A stretch of DNA of 61,665 bases, filler included. It is 13 parts of 13 records of this genome, joined end to end, with 100 filler letters (N's around TTAATTAATTAA, not from the genome) between each part and the next. Parts side by side here need not be neighbours in the genome. Positions count along the whole stretch, not along the records: positions 31,209 to 38,823 come from SRR15195285_5836; positions 38,924 to 42,605 come from SRR15195285_5843; positions 42,706 to 47,918 come from SRR15195285_5844; 10 more parts are not named here. One strand, written 5' to 3'. Below are positions 34,077 through 47,855 of the stretch, piece by piece (position 1 is the stretch's first letter; each line of letters opens with the position of its first letter). The position numbers were made by a program, and so were the translations under genes. A model generated the notes under the pieces. That model did no database searches. It was not told the origin of the DNA and saw only the letters and a program-made list of their open reading frames with translations.

Positions 34077-37000
34077 CTAAGACATACGCTGGAGGCTTGG
34101 TTCTAGATTAGACGCAGGAACTTGTGGCAGCCTCCCAGCTTCAGTGGAAATCCGGCCGAACGCTAGTAGTCCCTTGGGGCGGTCCGGCACACGCACGTGG
34201 CGTCTGCGCCAGGTCGATGTGGAAGGTTTGCCATTAGCTTCATCTGTCGCCACTTCATGAGCCCTCTCGCCGGAAGCATGCTCGACTAGCAATTTGATCA
34301 ACGCTCGACGCTTGTCACTCTCGTCCTCGTTGTCCAGGCTGGCATCTGCAACTGCTGTGGCATCCACACGCTCGATAAATGCTCTCTCCTGCAATCCAGT
34401 CACGCTTAGCTTTGCTAGCTCTCCACGCAGCGTCAGCTCAGCTTGGAGAGTAGCGTCGTCTGACTCCTGACCGTGCACGTCCTTCGGGACTGCAGACCAT
34501 TGAAAAGCCAAGCGCCGCCCCCTGGGCAGCATCACGGGCCGAGCTGGTGGTGGAACCTTGCGCAGCACAGGTGTAGGCCGGGAAACAACATCAGTTGTGT
34601 CGTCGTCGCTGTCGGTACCACTGGAGCTTTCCGCACTAGAAGTCTGGTCATTATCACAATGATCTGGTGGAAAGACCGACTGCTCACGCTCCGGCTGAGG
34701 TTGCGAGTGCATCGAGCCATCGGCCTCAATCTGTAGCCTGTCCGTCATCATTCGATCATCTCCTTTGTTTTCAAAACTGTGAGCCGTTTGGCGCAATGGA
34801 ACAAGCCCAGCAGACAGTCGCACCTCGTCCCGTAGACTCTCGTGTGCAGCAGCTGTGAAGGCTTCTTCCAGTAATTGATCGACATCGACTGACAACTCCT
34901 CATCAGTGGATCGGTCGGCAAAGGTTCTCAAATTGGACTTACTCGGCAAGGGTGGAGGAGATGGGCGAGCATCGGCTGCGTCCATGTCCTCCTCACTGTC
35001 ATCACTGCCACCGAGCGTGAGGACCAAATCCACACTGTCACTTAGTCTGTCCACCAGGTGCTTCCACATAGTGGGCTGCACAACACCATCGTGTTCGTCA
35101 AAACCAGGACCACCAGGCAGCATCGGGAACAGGCTACCAGCACCTGCGTGCCACTTGCACCCATCAAAAACCTCGGTCAACTCGCGAACCTTCCGGGTGT
35201 CTGCCGCGGCCCAATGGACTGCGATTCGCAAGGCCAGCTTCGATGCTGCCCCACCGTCGTTTTCAGTGTCACTCGCAGCAACAGCGGCAATTAGGTTGCG
35301 TGTCATTCTGGGAGATAATGCCTTTATCGCATCAGGTCCAGCTGCACACAGCTGTACTGCATGCTGTGTGATCCACCGCCAGCATCGATTTGCTATTGGT
35401 TGCCCATGTCGAGTTCGACAAGCTTTCATATAGTAGTTGACGACATTGTCCGCTCGGGTCAAGCGAATGTCTACTGCAGTCTCGGTACAGCTGTCGACCA
35501 AGTCTGGGCAGCCAAGGTCAACGGCCAAAGTATGAAGCATCAGCGCCTTTTCCCTGTCCAGTGTAAATTGATGGCCGTAGATCCAAGAGAGTGCCTGTGT
35601 GACGGACTCGACAGAAACCTGAGGTACTGTCGATGCTGGCAGGTGTACACTCTCACGGAGGAGTCGCGTGCTATAGCGTGGATCACGATTCCCAGTGAAG
35701 AGCGAGTTGAAATACCCACATCTGCTCAACATGGCACGATGACACCAGAACTTCATTGGTGCTGCATCTGCAGGCCCTTGTACAATCAGTTCAACATCGC
35801 TGCCCCGCTCCTGATCGAACTGCATGCCATACTCAAGCTGCTGAGGCGGCACAATGGTGAGTGAGTTGACTACGAATTCCCTCACTGGCTTCAGGTATCC
35901 TTGAGACTGGCGACGAGCCGCAAGGAGTTTCACTATCACAGGCAATGGTGCTGCATCGGCTAAGGCCGAGACGCTGGGTAGACCATTACTATACTGGCGG
36001 CGTAAGCTCGCCCGCTGAGAGTGTCCCCGCCATGCTGCAACAATCATCGCTGCTGCGTGTGCTTGTTGTTGCGAGCGAAACCATGCACGCACAATCCAAC
36101 CTCGCACAACTGGCTGCAGTCTCAGGCATGCCCATTCACGCTGACGATGCACGCGTGTCTGAGCACGCTGCCTCACAAATCGTTGCAAGTATCGTGCTGC
36201 AGACTCCCTTTGTCTACAAATCTGTTTATCTTGTCGCCAGCGCCATGCACGTTGAATGGTCCGTGCACAGAACGCATAGCATGATACCTCGGCCAGCCAA
36301 AAGCGTTCATTTGTCCCAGCAACTTGCAACGACCAGTTGACAGCGTCTACTAAATCGGAAGGAACTGTTGGGGTCGATCGAAATAAGGCACAACCGCGGG
36401 GGCACAGGAGCCTTGTTTGTGAGCCCCCAAGTCCTTCAGCATGAGGAGTCGGCGGCGATGACGCAAAAACTCCGTGGAGATCTCTGCCGCTGAATGCCTT
36501 GTCAGCACTCGAACCATCTCCAACCTCGAGATGGCAACGGAAGCTGCCTGCCATCAACCCACCTTGCTGCTGAGCTTGCACAACAAGGGACTCCCATGCC
36601 TCTGCCGCACTTTTTTCCATCGAACTCCGTGAGTGGCTCTTGTTGGCTTGTGCGTCCGATTTAGCTGGAGGCGGCAAGATTTCGACTTTCCAAGTCGAGA
36701 TCGGAGGCGGCGCCCTGTTTGCGAACGGCGGAATGCTAACTTCTGTGCCAAAAACTTGATTGCACTGCTGACAGTACCGGCACACTGAATCGTCGTCATT
36801 GATCAGTTTGGCCATCTTGCGCAACGACGATAGTGACACAGGTAGATGCGCAGAGAATGGCCACTCGTTTGCCACCAGCTCAGCCAAACCATTGCCAAAT
36901 GCCTCCACCGATCTATGCATCGGCTGCGGTGGACGTGGCGGACGTGGTGGACGTAATTTCAGAGTCTCAACCGGTTTTGTGGCTGGAGACAACAACTCGC

Positions 37001-38823
37001 TGACCTCAGACCAGTCATCAGACTCCGAAGTTGATGATGAAGACACCACCGTAGCCATGCCATTATACATATGAGTTGCCGCGAGCCAGTCGCCACGTCC
37101 ACCAATGCCGTCAAGGCCATGGCTGTAATAGTTGACGAGTGCATTCGGCAGTGGTCTGCTTGAAGCTGACGCGTAGAATGTAGCCAGGTTTGGCTCACTG
37201 CGCGCGGTCTGATGACCAGAATGATGGGAATTTCCGGGATCAGGCGCCACGACCTCATCTAGATCGTCCAGTCCAGCAAGGTCGTCTAGCTCAGCCAGCT
37301 CTGCAAGCGCTTCCAAGTCATCTATCTCACTCGACTGCGCATCTAGATCAGCTAACGCGTCGAGGTCTGCCAGATCGTCCAGTGCGTGGTCTTGGTGCAA
37401 ACGCTGCATCTCGGCCTCTGACGTGCTCAGGTTAGCTTTGAGGGCTGATGTGTCGGAGGAGTAGAAACAGATTATCGGGGGCATTGAAATGCGATAATAC
37501 CTCGAGAGCACCGGCTCGTCCCGCTCATGCGTCCCGATGTTTCTCAACGTTGCTTCCGCAGTCGTGGGCAGACGAAGTCTCTCTTCCGGGCTGACTGCCC
37601 GTGCAGCGGGAGATAGAACCCGGCTGTACCAATCCACTAACTGCGGCATTCCGTAGTAGGAGTGCACATTGACGGCCCTCGATCTGGACTCCAAGCTGGA
37701 CACCCAGCGCTCGTGTCTACGACACTCCTCGTCAGCCCAGCCCTCAAACGACGTGTCGCGTGATACACCCACATCAACCAGCTGGAGACCACCGCCAAGC
37801 TGACCATTCGGCACGGCTGCCTCGGCTGTATCTACTGCTCGCCACACCTGGCAGCTTTTGCGCAACGGTGTCCAGCCGTAGTGAGTCGTCGCAGGAACCA
37901 TATTGATCACGCGAGCTCCGCCCAAACGCATGTGAGGTTGGGTTTCTTCCGATGGATCCTCATGTTCGCCAGCGTTGTCTTCATCAGCGGTCTCGTCGTC
38001 ATCCGGTACCCGTGACTGACCTAGCTCGGCCGCGCGGATAGCTTGGGCGTGCACTTCGGCCTCATCGACTGCTGTCTGCGCCGCTCGCCTAGCACTCTTT
38101 GCCCTAAAGCCCATCGCCCTGCTACCATCGTGGCGCAGCAAATCGGCCTCAGCCTTCTCAACTTTCGCATCGGCCTCAGAAATCGCCGCCTCTCGAGCGG
38201 CTTTCGCCTCGGCATCTTTGTCAGTCACAGGTGCACACCGCGTCGCAGGCACGAAGCCGGGGTCCTTGACTCGGGATGCCAGCGTGCGCACAGCATCGAC
38301 AACGCTAGCGCGCGCATCGTCGTCGTCCTCCGGCGACACCTGCACCTCGAACATCACCTGCAACTGCCGCAGCGATAGCCACCCTGGCACGACGCTGCCC
38401 CTTCCACTCTGAGCCACGCGGAACCAGCTCGCACCCGCCGGCAGCAACCCAGGAATCCCGTCGGCGGTCGAGAAATCGTCCGCAACTTTGCGAATCGCCG
38501 CTGCACCGCCCCCGACATCCCAAGCTCTCCTCTCAGCCTCGAGCGCTCGCGACCGCGCTTGCTGAGCTGCCTGGTGCAGCCGTCTGCGTACCTCCTGCGC
38601 GTCGTCGCCCCCGTCCTCGCGGTCAGCCTGCGCATCGAGTCTAGTCTCGTAGTCGCGCAGCTGGCGCAGCAGCTCGTGCTTGGACCCCGCGAGCTCCAAG
38701 TCCCGCTGACGCGCCAGCTTCTTGATCTCGAACGGGCGCAAGCTCTCGAGGTCCTGCGGCAGCGGCTCGAGCGATGGATGCCCTAGCGCTGGGTCGGGCT
38801 CGGGCTCGGGCTCAGGCTCAGGC
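34077..38823 (-). CDS. >1550-aa protein, 5' partial: (PE)n, SAP-like motif, about four IQ-like motifs, BTB/POZ (+BACK-like) domain, C-terminal helical module
   Basis: The ORF is open to the contig edge (PEPEPEPEPD). EIKKLARQRDLELAGSKHELLRQL; TIQRAWRWR, LQRFVRQR, LQPVVRGWIVR, IVAAWRGH; SDVELIV..KFWCHRAMLSRCGYFNSLF. Confidence 0.82.
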
Positions 38824-39473
38824 NNNNNNNNNNNNNNNNNNNNNNNNNNNNNNNNNNNNNNNNNNNNTTAATTAATTAANNNNNNNNNNNNNNNNNNNNN
38901 NNNNNNNNNNNNNNNNNNNNNNNCAACATAATCAGCCCCCCTGATAACAAACGGTTCCACAACTGACTCCTGGAAACGAAAGTCTGGACCGTCGTCTCTG
39001 GACTCGCGTCGATTGACCCTTCATCGCCGAGGTTGCACACCGACATCCGTGACATCCGGATCGCCGTGCCTGGACCACAGGATCCATGACAAGATCCTCG
39101 ACGCATGCAGCTTCATACTCATCCGCGAAGAGATCTAGTTTCTATAATAGTAGGGATCCCTACCTTGTATTGATAAATGTTACTATCCGCGTACAGTGTA
39201 CCTACCAGAGGTACAGCGCGTACCTCCCGACGCGCCGGATTCGCGAGCGCGGGGCGTCGTCGCGAGCGCGCCCATGCATGCTATGATACTCTAGTCTAGT
39301 GTGTACACACGTAATACAAATGGTATACGTAATAGGCATGTTAATGTGCACGCGCACGACGCACGCGCGCGCCGCGGCGAACGCTCGCGAGCACGCATCC
39401 CGTCAGGCCTCAGGCGTCCGTCGCACGTTTCGTTCGCCCGGTACCGGTGAGCAGGCACGGCGGCACAACAGCG

Positions 39474-41835
39474 ATGGAGGCATCTTCTTCTCCTTCTAGC
39501 ATCAGTCAGGAGCCCGTGGTGATGAGCGCCGTATATCTGTTCGCTGGATGTGTACGTCCTCGATGGATCGCGGCCGGCCAGCATGAAGCCTTGCCACAGG
39601 TCCCTGCCAATCCCCGTCTCTGACCAGTGCACCCCAACCTTGTGCATGCAGGCAGCGATGAATTCGATCAACCTGGGATTCGACATCGGTGTGAACACCG
39701 ATGTCGGCCCCTCGCTGCTCGAGTCAGACTTGATGCAGCAAAGTGAAAAAAAGCTATCGCTGTTCATGGGATCGCTCAATCTGTGGGCAATCGGCGGCGC
39801 GTTTCTCGCATCTTTGCTAGCCGACCAGCTAGGACGGCGCAAGTCGTTCGCGGTGGCATCTGTGGGCTTCATCATTGGTGTCTTATGCATGGCCAGCGCG
39901 CAGAGCTTCACGGTGCTTATGCTTGGCCGGGTCGTGGTCGGTCTCGGCTGCGGCTTCGGCTTCGCTGTCGACCCAGTCTACATCAGTGAGATTAGTCCGC
40001 CACATGCACGCGGGCGGCTCGTAACGTGGTCGGAGATTGGCACCAATATCGGAATTCTGGTCGGCTGGTGCGCTGGGTACGCTCTGAAGGACCTCGACGG
40101 AGACCAGAGCTGGCGAGCGATGCTCGGGACTGGATGCGTCCTGCCTGTGGTCATGCTGTTTCTCGTCAAGTTCGTCATGCCGGAGTCACCACGCTGGCTC
40201 ATCCGGATGGGACGCATCCCGGAGGCCAAGGAGGTTCTCGTGCGACTGTACCCACCTGGGGAAGATATCGACGCGGTGGTCGAAACGATTGAAAACAACA
40301 TCGCTGTAGAGACTCGTGAGTCTGGGAGTGTGACCTGGACGCAGATGTTTCATCCGAACCCCGCGCTCAAGCGAATGCTGTTGGTCGGCATCGGAGTGGC
40401 AGTGTGCCAGCAAGTCGTCGGGATTGATGCAATCCAGTACGTTTATTCCGTCCAGTGGTAGTGAGTTTTGGCTGATGTTCTGAAACAGGTTTGCAGGTAC
40501 TTTCTCCTTTTCATCATGGCGCAGAGCGGCATTTGCTCAACGGAGCAGCAGTTTCGCTACCTCGTCATGATCGGAGTTCTCAAGCTCAGCTGCATATTTG
40601 TAGCGGGTGCGTTGTTTGACACTCGAGGCCGGCGGCCGCTGATGTTTTGCTCTTGTGCGGGAATGGCAGCAGCTATGTTGCTCTTGTCACATCGAATGTA
40701 CTCGCTAGACGAAGCTGCAGAAGCTGGCAAAGACCCCTGCGATGCATCAGTTGAAAGCGGCGGCGCGACCATCACATCATCAGCCAGTGGCAGTACTGAC
40801 GTGACAGTGCCAATCTTTGCTCTGTGTCTTTACATGGCTTCTTTCTCGTTAGGGATGGGTGTGTCCTCCCCGCCCTCAGCGCCTTGTACTGTGGTCTACA
40901 AGGAGATAAAATGCAGCCTGCACGATCATCATGAACCGCTGTAATCAGTGTGAGTGCCTGTGTATGCAGGGCCTGGTGCATGGTTGATACCGAGTGAGGT
41001 TTTCTCAAACGCAGTGCGAGCCAAGGCGATGTCAATGGCGACTGTTGCGAACCGCCTCGGTGAGAAACACTCACGCATGGATCTGCTAAAATTTCACTAC
41101 ACTAGACAGTGACGTGTAGACGCCACCTCAGAGAGTGTTGTTGCACAACGATGAACTCTAGACCTTTGAGTTGCTGCCGTGTGTGTTTGCACGTGCACAG
41201 CCGCGACGTTCATGTCGTCGACGTTCCTCATCGTCGCAGATATGCTTACATATGGCGGAGTGCTTATTGTGCTTGCGCTGCTGACAACTGGCTCTGCAGT
41301 TTTCATGTGCGCTACATTTCCACTATGTTTACTTCGCCCGCTGAGAACTCATTGTTTTCAATGCAGACAGACAAGCAGGCTGGGCCTGTGTGCACTAAAC
41401 ATTTCTGTTGGCTGCAATATTCTGCCTTCTACTAGGTACTTGTTCCTGCCGGAGACGAAGGGGAAAAGCCTCGAAGAGATGCTTCGATATTTCCAGGAGA
41501 TCACTAAGGAAAGCAAAGGGGGCGCTGTTGCTGGTGGGCTTCTGTCTGACCGAGGTAAGTGGGCTAGCCAGAGGCAGTTGGTTTGGTGCCCAGCAGTTCG
41601 GAGGAGCCGTCCCAACGTGCTGAATCATTGACTTGCTACTGCTGCTGTCTCCTTTCGACTAGACACCGCTGCTGCTGTGGCAGACAACGCTGCTTCCATG
41701 GCCAGTGGACCCAATGCCGGCATTGCCAACTCGCCGAGTAGCATGGAGGGTCTGCAAGAAGTTGTAGCGACGTCGCAGCCTCTTGTGCCATCAAAGGCTG
41801 AACAATCTGACGAAGCAGCAATCGCCAGTATGTGA
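39474..41835 (+). CDS. MFS sugar porter (polyol/inositol transporter-like); ~6 introns
   Basis: NLGFDIGV, ADQLGRRK, GRVVVGLGCG, PVYISEISPPHARGRL, MPESPRWL, QQVVGIDAIQY, DTRGRRPL, spliced GMGPGAWLIPSEVF, LPETKGKSLEE. Terminal exons are inferred. Confidence 0.92.
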
Positions 41836-42705
41836 TGTATGGGCTGGACTCAACAATTGAACGATTGGCCCAAAGCATACTCAAAGAGCAGGTCGTAAAT
41901 GATGGGAGGTGATCCCAGGAGAATGATGTTGCTGCTGGTGCTGCCAGGGTCATTGTAGCTATTCGTGTGATCATGACAACGTATCGCACTTTCGGCAACA
42001 TGAGTATCAGGCAATTGCACGGTACAAACAGCGTAAATCAGACGAGCGAAGGAGCCGAAATCGAAAAAAAATTCTTATGGTAAAGATGGAGATTTGGGTT
42101 GGTGTGTGAGACAGGGTCAAATGTAGATGTATGTGTGGTATCCCTCTCTACTACTCACTCTCTACCCACCCAGAACTTCCTCCTCTACTAAAAGCAATGT
42201 CATCAGTTTTGGGCCCCTCTGAGTTCATAGGTCGTTGGGTACAGCTTGGGCAACATGTGCATCCAGAACCTCCGCCCACCGGCACCCCACGTCATTCGTC
42301 ATTGAAATTCGGATTGGAGTCCCTGGCAATCACATCGTAATGGACGTCGACGTAGGCAGTAATGATCTCTACGGAGGCATAATCTACAGGAATGCTTTGG
42401 CCTTTCAAAGGCCGCTCAGCGCCACTCCACTCGCACAAGCACTGCGCGCGTACAGATAAGAGGATCGTCGCGAGCTCAGGCTGAGCAAAAAGAAGGTAGC
42501 AGTCATGAAGCGCGTGCGGAGCGCAGTGTGATAGCGGCAAACCAACGCTTCACCAGCAGGTATCATTCTCACCTCCCCACCTAGACGCGCATTGTCGTCG
42601 CCGAANNNNNNNNNNNNNNNNNNNNNNNNNNNNNNNNNNNNNNNNNNNNTTAATTAATTAANNNNNNNNNNNNNNNNNNNNNNNNNNNNNNNNNNNNNNN
42701 NNNNN

Positions 42706-42735
42706 GATAACGGCTGATAACGGCTGATAACGGCT
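42706..42735. repeat. (GATAACGGCT)3 tandem repeat truncated by contig start
   Basis: Three perfect 10-bp units at the contig edge. Confidence 0.9.
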
Positions 42736-42992
42736 CGGGAGGTGTCTGCTCTGGCGAGCGGCTGAGCGGTGGTGTGAGGCTGGGTGTGTCGAGCTCCGCG
42801 ACAGAGAGAGAGGGCACCCTGACCGGGAGGCGAGAACTCCGTACTGTAGCACTCCTTTTGCTGGCTTCGGCCGCCCTTTTGCACCACGTAGGTGTGATAG
42901 GAGAGGCGTCTACGTAGGGGCTTGGCGTTGGCGTTGCGGAGAGACACAGATAGGAAGAGAAAGAGACACAAGCGAGGTCAGGAGCGAGGAGG

Positions 42993-45900
42993 ATGCCGAA
43001 GGGTATGCCGCGCACGACCTCCGATTCGGGTGGCCACCACGGACGGCGCGGCTCCATCGATTCGGGTGGCAGTCGCAGGAAGAAGCGGAGCGTGAACCGG
43101 ACGATGACGGCGATCGGTATGGCCGATCCGGAAGAGCAGAAGTCGTCGATAGATACACCCGCTCCTGCTCCGGAGCCCGAGCCGGCTGCTACGGCTGCTG
43201 CGGATGCTGCGGATGCTGCGGATGATCAGGTGCGGGCGGGCGACACCCTTTCCCCTGATCGGCTGTGTGTGTGATAGTCATTGCCAGCGTGTGGCTACTC
43301 TGGTTGCAGGAGGGTGGCGAGCCGAAAGCGGCACCCAAGGCGATCAAGAAAAACCGGTCCGAGACGATCCAGGTCGGCATCCGGTGTCGTCCACTGATCG
43401 GCCGCGACGCCGGCCAGGTCCGCTGTTTCGACACGGCCAAACGCTCGCTGCAGGCTAACGACAACGCACCGATCAAGGAAGGCAAGGCAGCCAAGGACAA
43501 GCTGCCCTGGGTTTTTGACAACGTATTCGACGAACAATCGACGGTCCACGATATTCATCGCGACCTGACGACGGAGGTGATTGACTCCGTAATGGAGGGC
43601 TACCATGGCACTATCTTCGCCTACGGGCAGACCGGTTCCGGTAAGACGTACACGATGGTAGGCGACCGCGCGCAGGAGGTGCCCGGTGTCATGTCGCTTG
43701 GAACCAAGCAAATGTTCGAGTATATCAAAGACGATGGCTACCGCGACTACATGGTGCGCGTGTCGTATATGGAGGTCTACATGGAGCGCGTGCGAGACCT
43801 GCTCAACCCGGAGGCTATTGGGGAGGAGCTAAAGGTGCGCCAAGATGCAGGTGGAAAGGGCTTCTTTGTAGAGTGCCGAGAAGTTGTGGTGACGAACGAG
43901 GAGCAGATCTATGCTATGCTTGACGCGGTGCGCATGTCCGCGCCTGCTTGGTGGCAATCAGTCGCTTTCGACCTGTGTGTACGCGCTTGTCTCACGTTGC
44001 GCTCTGTGTTCGTGCTCACTTTGGGGGCAGGGAAACGAGCTGCGCACAGTCGGTGCGACTGATATGAACGCTCAGAGTAGCCGGTCGCACGCCATTTTCC
44101 GCCTCGTGGTCGAGAGTACGGTCAAGAAGGATGTGGAGCAAGTCGGCTCGGCAGAGGACAACGCCTTCCGTCAGTCATACCTGAACCTGGTCGACTTAGC
44201 AGGCTCCGAGCGGACAAAGGACACCGGTGCCTCAGGCCAGAGGCTGAAGGAGGCCGGCACGATCAACCTGTCACTGTCCTGCCTGTCAAATATTATCCGT
44301 GCGCTAAGTGAGAAGGGCAAGAAGAAAGGCAAGGTGCATCTGCCGTTTCGCGACTCCAAGCTTACGCAGATTCTTCAGCCTTCGTTGGGTGGCAACAGTC
44401 GCACAGCTTTCATCTGCACTGTGACGCTGGCTGCCAAATTTTTTGAGGACACCAAGTCCACATTGGCTTTTGCCGACCGTGCAAAGAAGGTTACAAACAG
44501 CCCTAAGAAGAACATCGTGGTGAATCAAAAGGCCATGCTAGCTGAAGCGCAGGACGAAATTGAGCAGCTCAAACAGGCTCTGAAAATGGCAGCTGGCGGT
44601 GACCTCCCGGCCGGCTTCGGTGGAGGCGGTGGCGGTGGCGAGTCTGAAGAGTCATTGAAGCAGAAGCAGGACATGGAAGCCAAGGTGAAGTTCCTTGAGA
44701 GTATGCTTGTCGGCACTGGAGCAGCGCAAGACCTTGAGACAATGCACCAGATCTGGACGCCCGAACTGGGCAGCTCCGCAATGGACGGTTCATCGGTGGC
44801 CAAAATGCTCGCGGAGGCGGAGAAGAAACGTGTTGAGGAGTGGCGTGCCGGGCAAAAACAGGAGATCGAGGAAGTGTGGCAGAAGGTAGATGAGGATGGG
44901 TCCGGTGCGCTAGACCCTGAGGAGATGCAGCATATGTTTAGTGCGATGGGCCAAAATGACATTGACGTGGAAGCTGCGATCAAAGAAATCGACGAAGACG
45001 GTGACGGTGAGGTCGACTTTGAAGAGTTTTTTGAGTGGTGGTGCACACGTTCCGTTGCTGATCGTGATCGCCTGAAGGGCAAGCAACATAAGGTGCCACA
45101 GGCGCGGATCCGCAAGCTCAAGATTCTCCTAAGAATTGGTGCGGGAATGGCAGGCTCTGTGCAGAAGAATGAGGCGCGCAATCGTACCGTCGGCTTCGCG
45201 CAGATAGCGCAGTCGATGAAGCTGGGCGGTGCCGGTAGCGCTGGTGCCGGCGGTGCAGCGATGAGCGCTTCTGCCAAACAAAAGTTCAACGAGCTGCGGC
45301 TAGAGAAGGAAAGGCTGCAGGTTCTATCGAACAGCCAGGCTGCAAAGCTTGAAGAGGTCGAGACTGCAGCACTGTTGGCGCAGCAGGAAGTGCAGCGCCA
45401 GCAGGAGGAGCTTCAGGCCACGCGCACCACGATGCAAACGACGATTGCAGAGCTTGAGGCAACGCTTCAGGCGACAAATCAAAAGCTGAGCAAGCGTGAC
45501 GAGCAGGTCAGCAGGTCACATTCGGACTTGGCTGTTTCGAAGGCAGAGGTTGAAGAGCTAAAATTGAGATTGGAGCAGGCAGAAACGAAGTCGGGCCTTG
45601 ACAAGCTGCGAGCCGACGAGGAGATTGCTGAGCTCCGAACTGGTCCGCAAATCCACACCTTGAATTTGAACTGACAACCGTGTCCTGAAGAATGAGAAGC
45701 TGTCTTCTGATGCACAGAGTGGTTCCTCTGACCGTTTCATTTTGTCTCCGCAGAGGTGGATGATAGGGAACGGACGATCCGGATGATTTCGGTGAAGTGT
45801 CAGCGCATGGAGTCGGAGGTGTCCGAGCTACAGGCTGCTGTGGTTGACTTGGCAGTTGATGAGCGCGTCATCGAGTCAGAGAAAGCTAGGACGGAGATGG

Positions 45901-46682
45901 AAAGCAAAAAACGCCAGGTGCGACCGTCAATGCCCCTGCGTCGTCTGCATTCTCGTCTCCTTGTCGTGCTGGCATTTCAATTTTGACGTCATATCGCTGA
46001 TCGTTGTTGCCTTGGTGCACTGGCACTGCCGCGATCAGACGGATGAGCAGGTTCAGCAACTCCGGATGGAAGTAGCTTCGGCCAAGTATATGCAAACATT
46101 GTACTGGGACAAGCGGAAATCTGCTGACCCATCTTCGACCGTGCTCGAGCGACCCGCGGGAGAGTTGCCCGACCCAGCAGCTGCAGCACAGCAGCTTGCG
46201 GTTCAACAGGCTCTGGCGACTGGTCAGGTGCCACCTTCGCCTGCAGCAGTGGCAGTGGCATCATCACCTGGTAGAAGATCAGGGGAACCAGTGCGTGCTG
46301 CAAAATGGCCGCTCACACCGGTGCTCGCACGGGCACGGTCCCGCCATGTCACAACTCCGTTCAGTCCATAGCGCAGCCACTGCGAACTCCCTAGCCGCTG
46401 CAGTGCTGACTGAGTCTTCGTTTTGTGGTGTTGCGTGTGGCGTTGACAAATGCACAGGTTCTAGACGCAGCGGACGAGATGCGGGCGCTGCTGGGACTGG
46501 AATCGTGGGACGCGGGTGCTTCTCCTGCAGGCGGGGGAGCGCGCTCAGCAACAGCAGGGGCGCACTCTGCCACGAGCTCACCGCGTCGCCCGCTGGCATC
46601 GCCTCGTGCGGGTTTGGGAGCAGAACCACGAACACCGCTGCGCAAGGCATGGCCAGAGGGCGATCCGCGCACGGCAAGATAG
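42993..46682 (+). CDS. N-terminal-motor kinesin (kinesin-7/CENP-E-like) with an EF-hand pair in the stalk and coiled coils; multi-exon
   Basis: P-loop FAYGQTGSGKT, switch I NAQSSRSH, switch II LVDLAGSER, HLPFRDSKLT, SLGGNSRT; EF loops DEDGSGALDPEE and DEDGDGEVDFEE. The 3' exons are less certain. Confidence 0.92.
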
Positions 46683-46952
46683 AGAGCCACTGGAAGACAG
46701 ATTTGGTGTCGAGACACCATCACAAGACGCGTTGTTGTGGTTGCTCAACAAAATTCTCTGCCTTTCTGATAGAGCAGTCTTGAGCAATCGTGTGCACATG
46801 CCATCGAGTGCGCTGACACCTATGACACTTCACCCATCGCGCGAGCTTGAGTGCGTGCGGGAGCTCTGAAGAGCTAGTATGTACAGACGCTGCATGTAGA
46901 GCGAAACAAACTGGAAACGTGCTGAGCCCGTCCCAGCGCACGTGGAACGGAG

Positions 46953-47855
46953 TCACCGCCGACCGCCCGGAGCCCCAAACGCCGCTAGCGGTCCGGCTGG
47001 ATTCCCGAACGCTGCCAACCCGCCGCCACCAACCGCCACGGACCCTTTTCGCTTTCCCGCGATCATCATGGACGTGCGCCTCATGTTGATCTCCATGTTG
47101 CTCTGCACCATCTTCGATTGCTGCTCTCCTTCCTCTTCCTCCTGGATCTTCTCACTTAGACGCAGGGCCATCCATCCGCTCACTACTTGCAAAACTACGT
47201 TGACAGCGATCACCACCAGCTTCACAGTCAGCAAGGCAAGCTGCGACGAGCAGGCCTGCAGCCCCGATAGGTTGGCCTGCTCCTCCGACGTTAGCGCATG
47301 GTTGCAGATGTCTGATTGCTTCGACTGCTCGAGGAAGTTGGAGTTGATGTTGGAGGTGGAGGACGCGATACCCCACATCACCAGCACAAAGTACAGCAGC
47401 AACACTCCCCGGTCCAGCTGCTTGGCCCCGAAGATCCCGAAGATGGCACTGACAGCTCCGATGACCGCGTACGTCAGGTCGCGTGCCATCGACACCGTGT
47501 CGGTCTGCATGGCGGACGTCACGATCGTCGCGAGGAACATGATCGACTACACCAACAGCACGACCTTTCAGCATGGCGCGAGAGCACGTAAACAGAGGCG
47601 CCGCGGGAAAGGACGGGGCGCATCTCGCGGCGGGCGGGCGGCGGGCGGCGGCAGCGGCGACGGAACACAGAGGGCGAGACAGACCTCCACAGCAGCGAGA
47701 AAAATCACTGCTTTGGAAAGCGCTTTGGAGGAGCCGTTCAGAATTGCGTGCGAGAACTTCTGCGTGGATCGGGCCAGCTTCTGGTGGAACTTCAGCTTTC
47801 TCGGCGGGCTGCCCGGCTTCTTCAGCGACTTGAGCGACGACAGCTGCATGTTCAT
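46953..47855 (-). CDS. Hypothetical ~4-TM membrane protein; 1 intron
   Basis: Exon MNMQL...FLAAVE splices (GTCTGT..GTGTAG) in frame to SIMFLATIV...; four hydrophobic segments with a Cys pair in the large loop. Confidence 0.7.

Noticed and set aside
42000-42605. Short ORFs and a loose inverted repeat after the sugar transporter
   Set aside because: The pairing is weak, there are no motifs, and there is no convincing coding signal.
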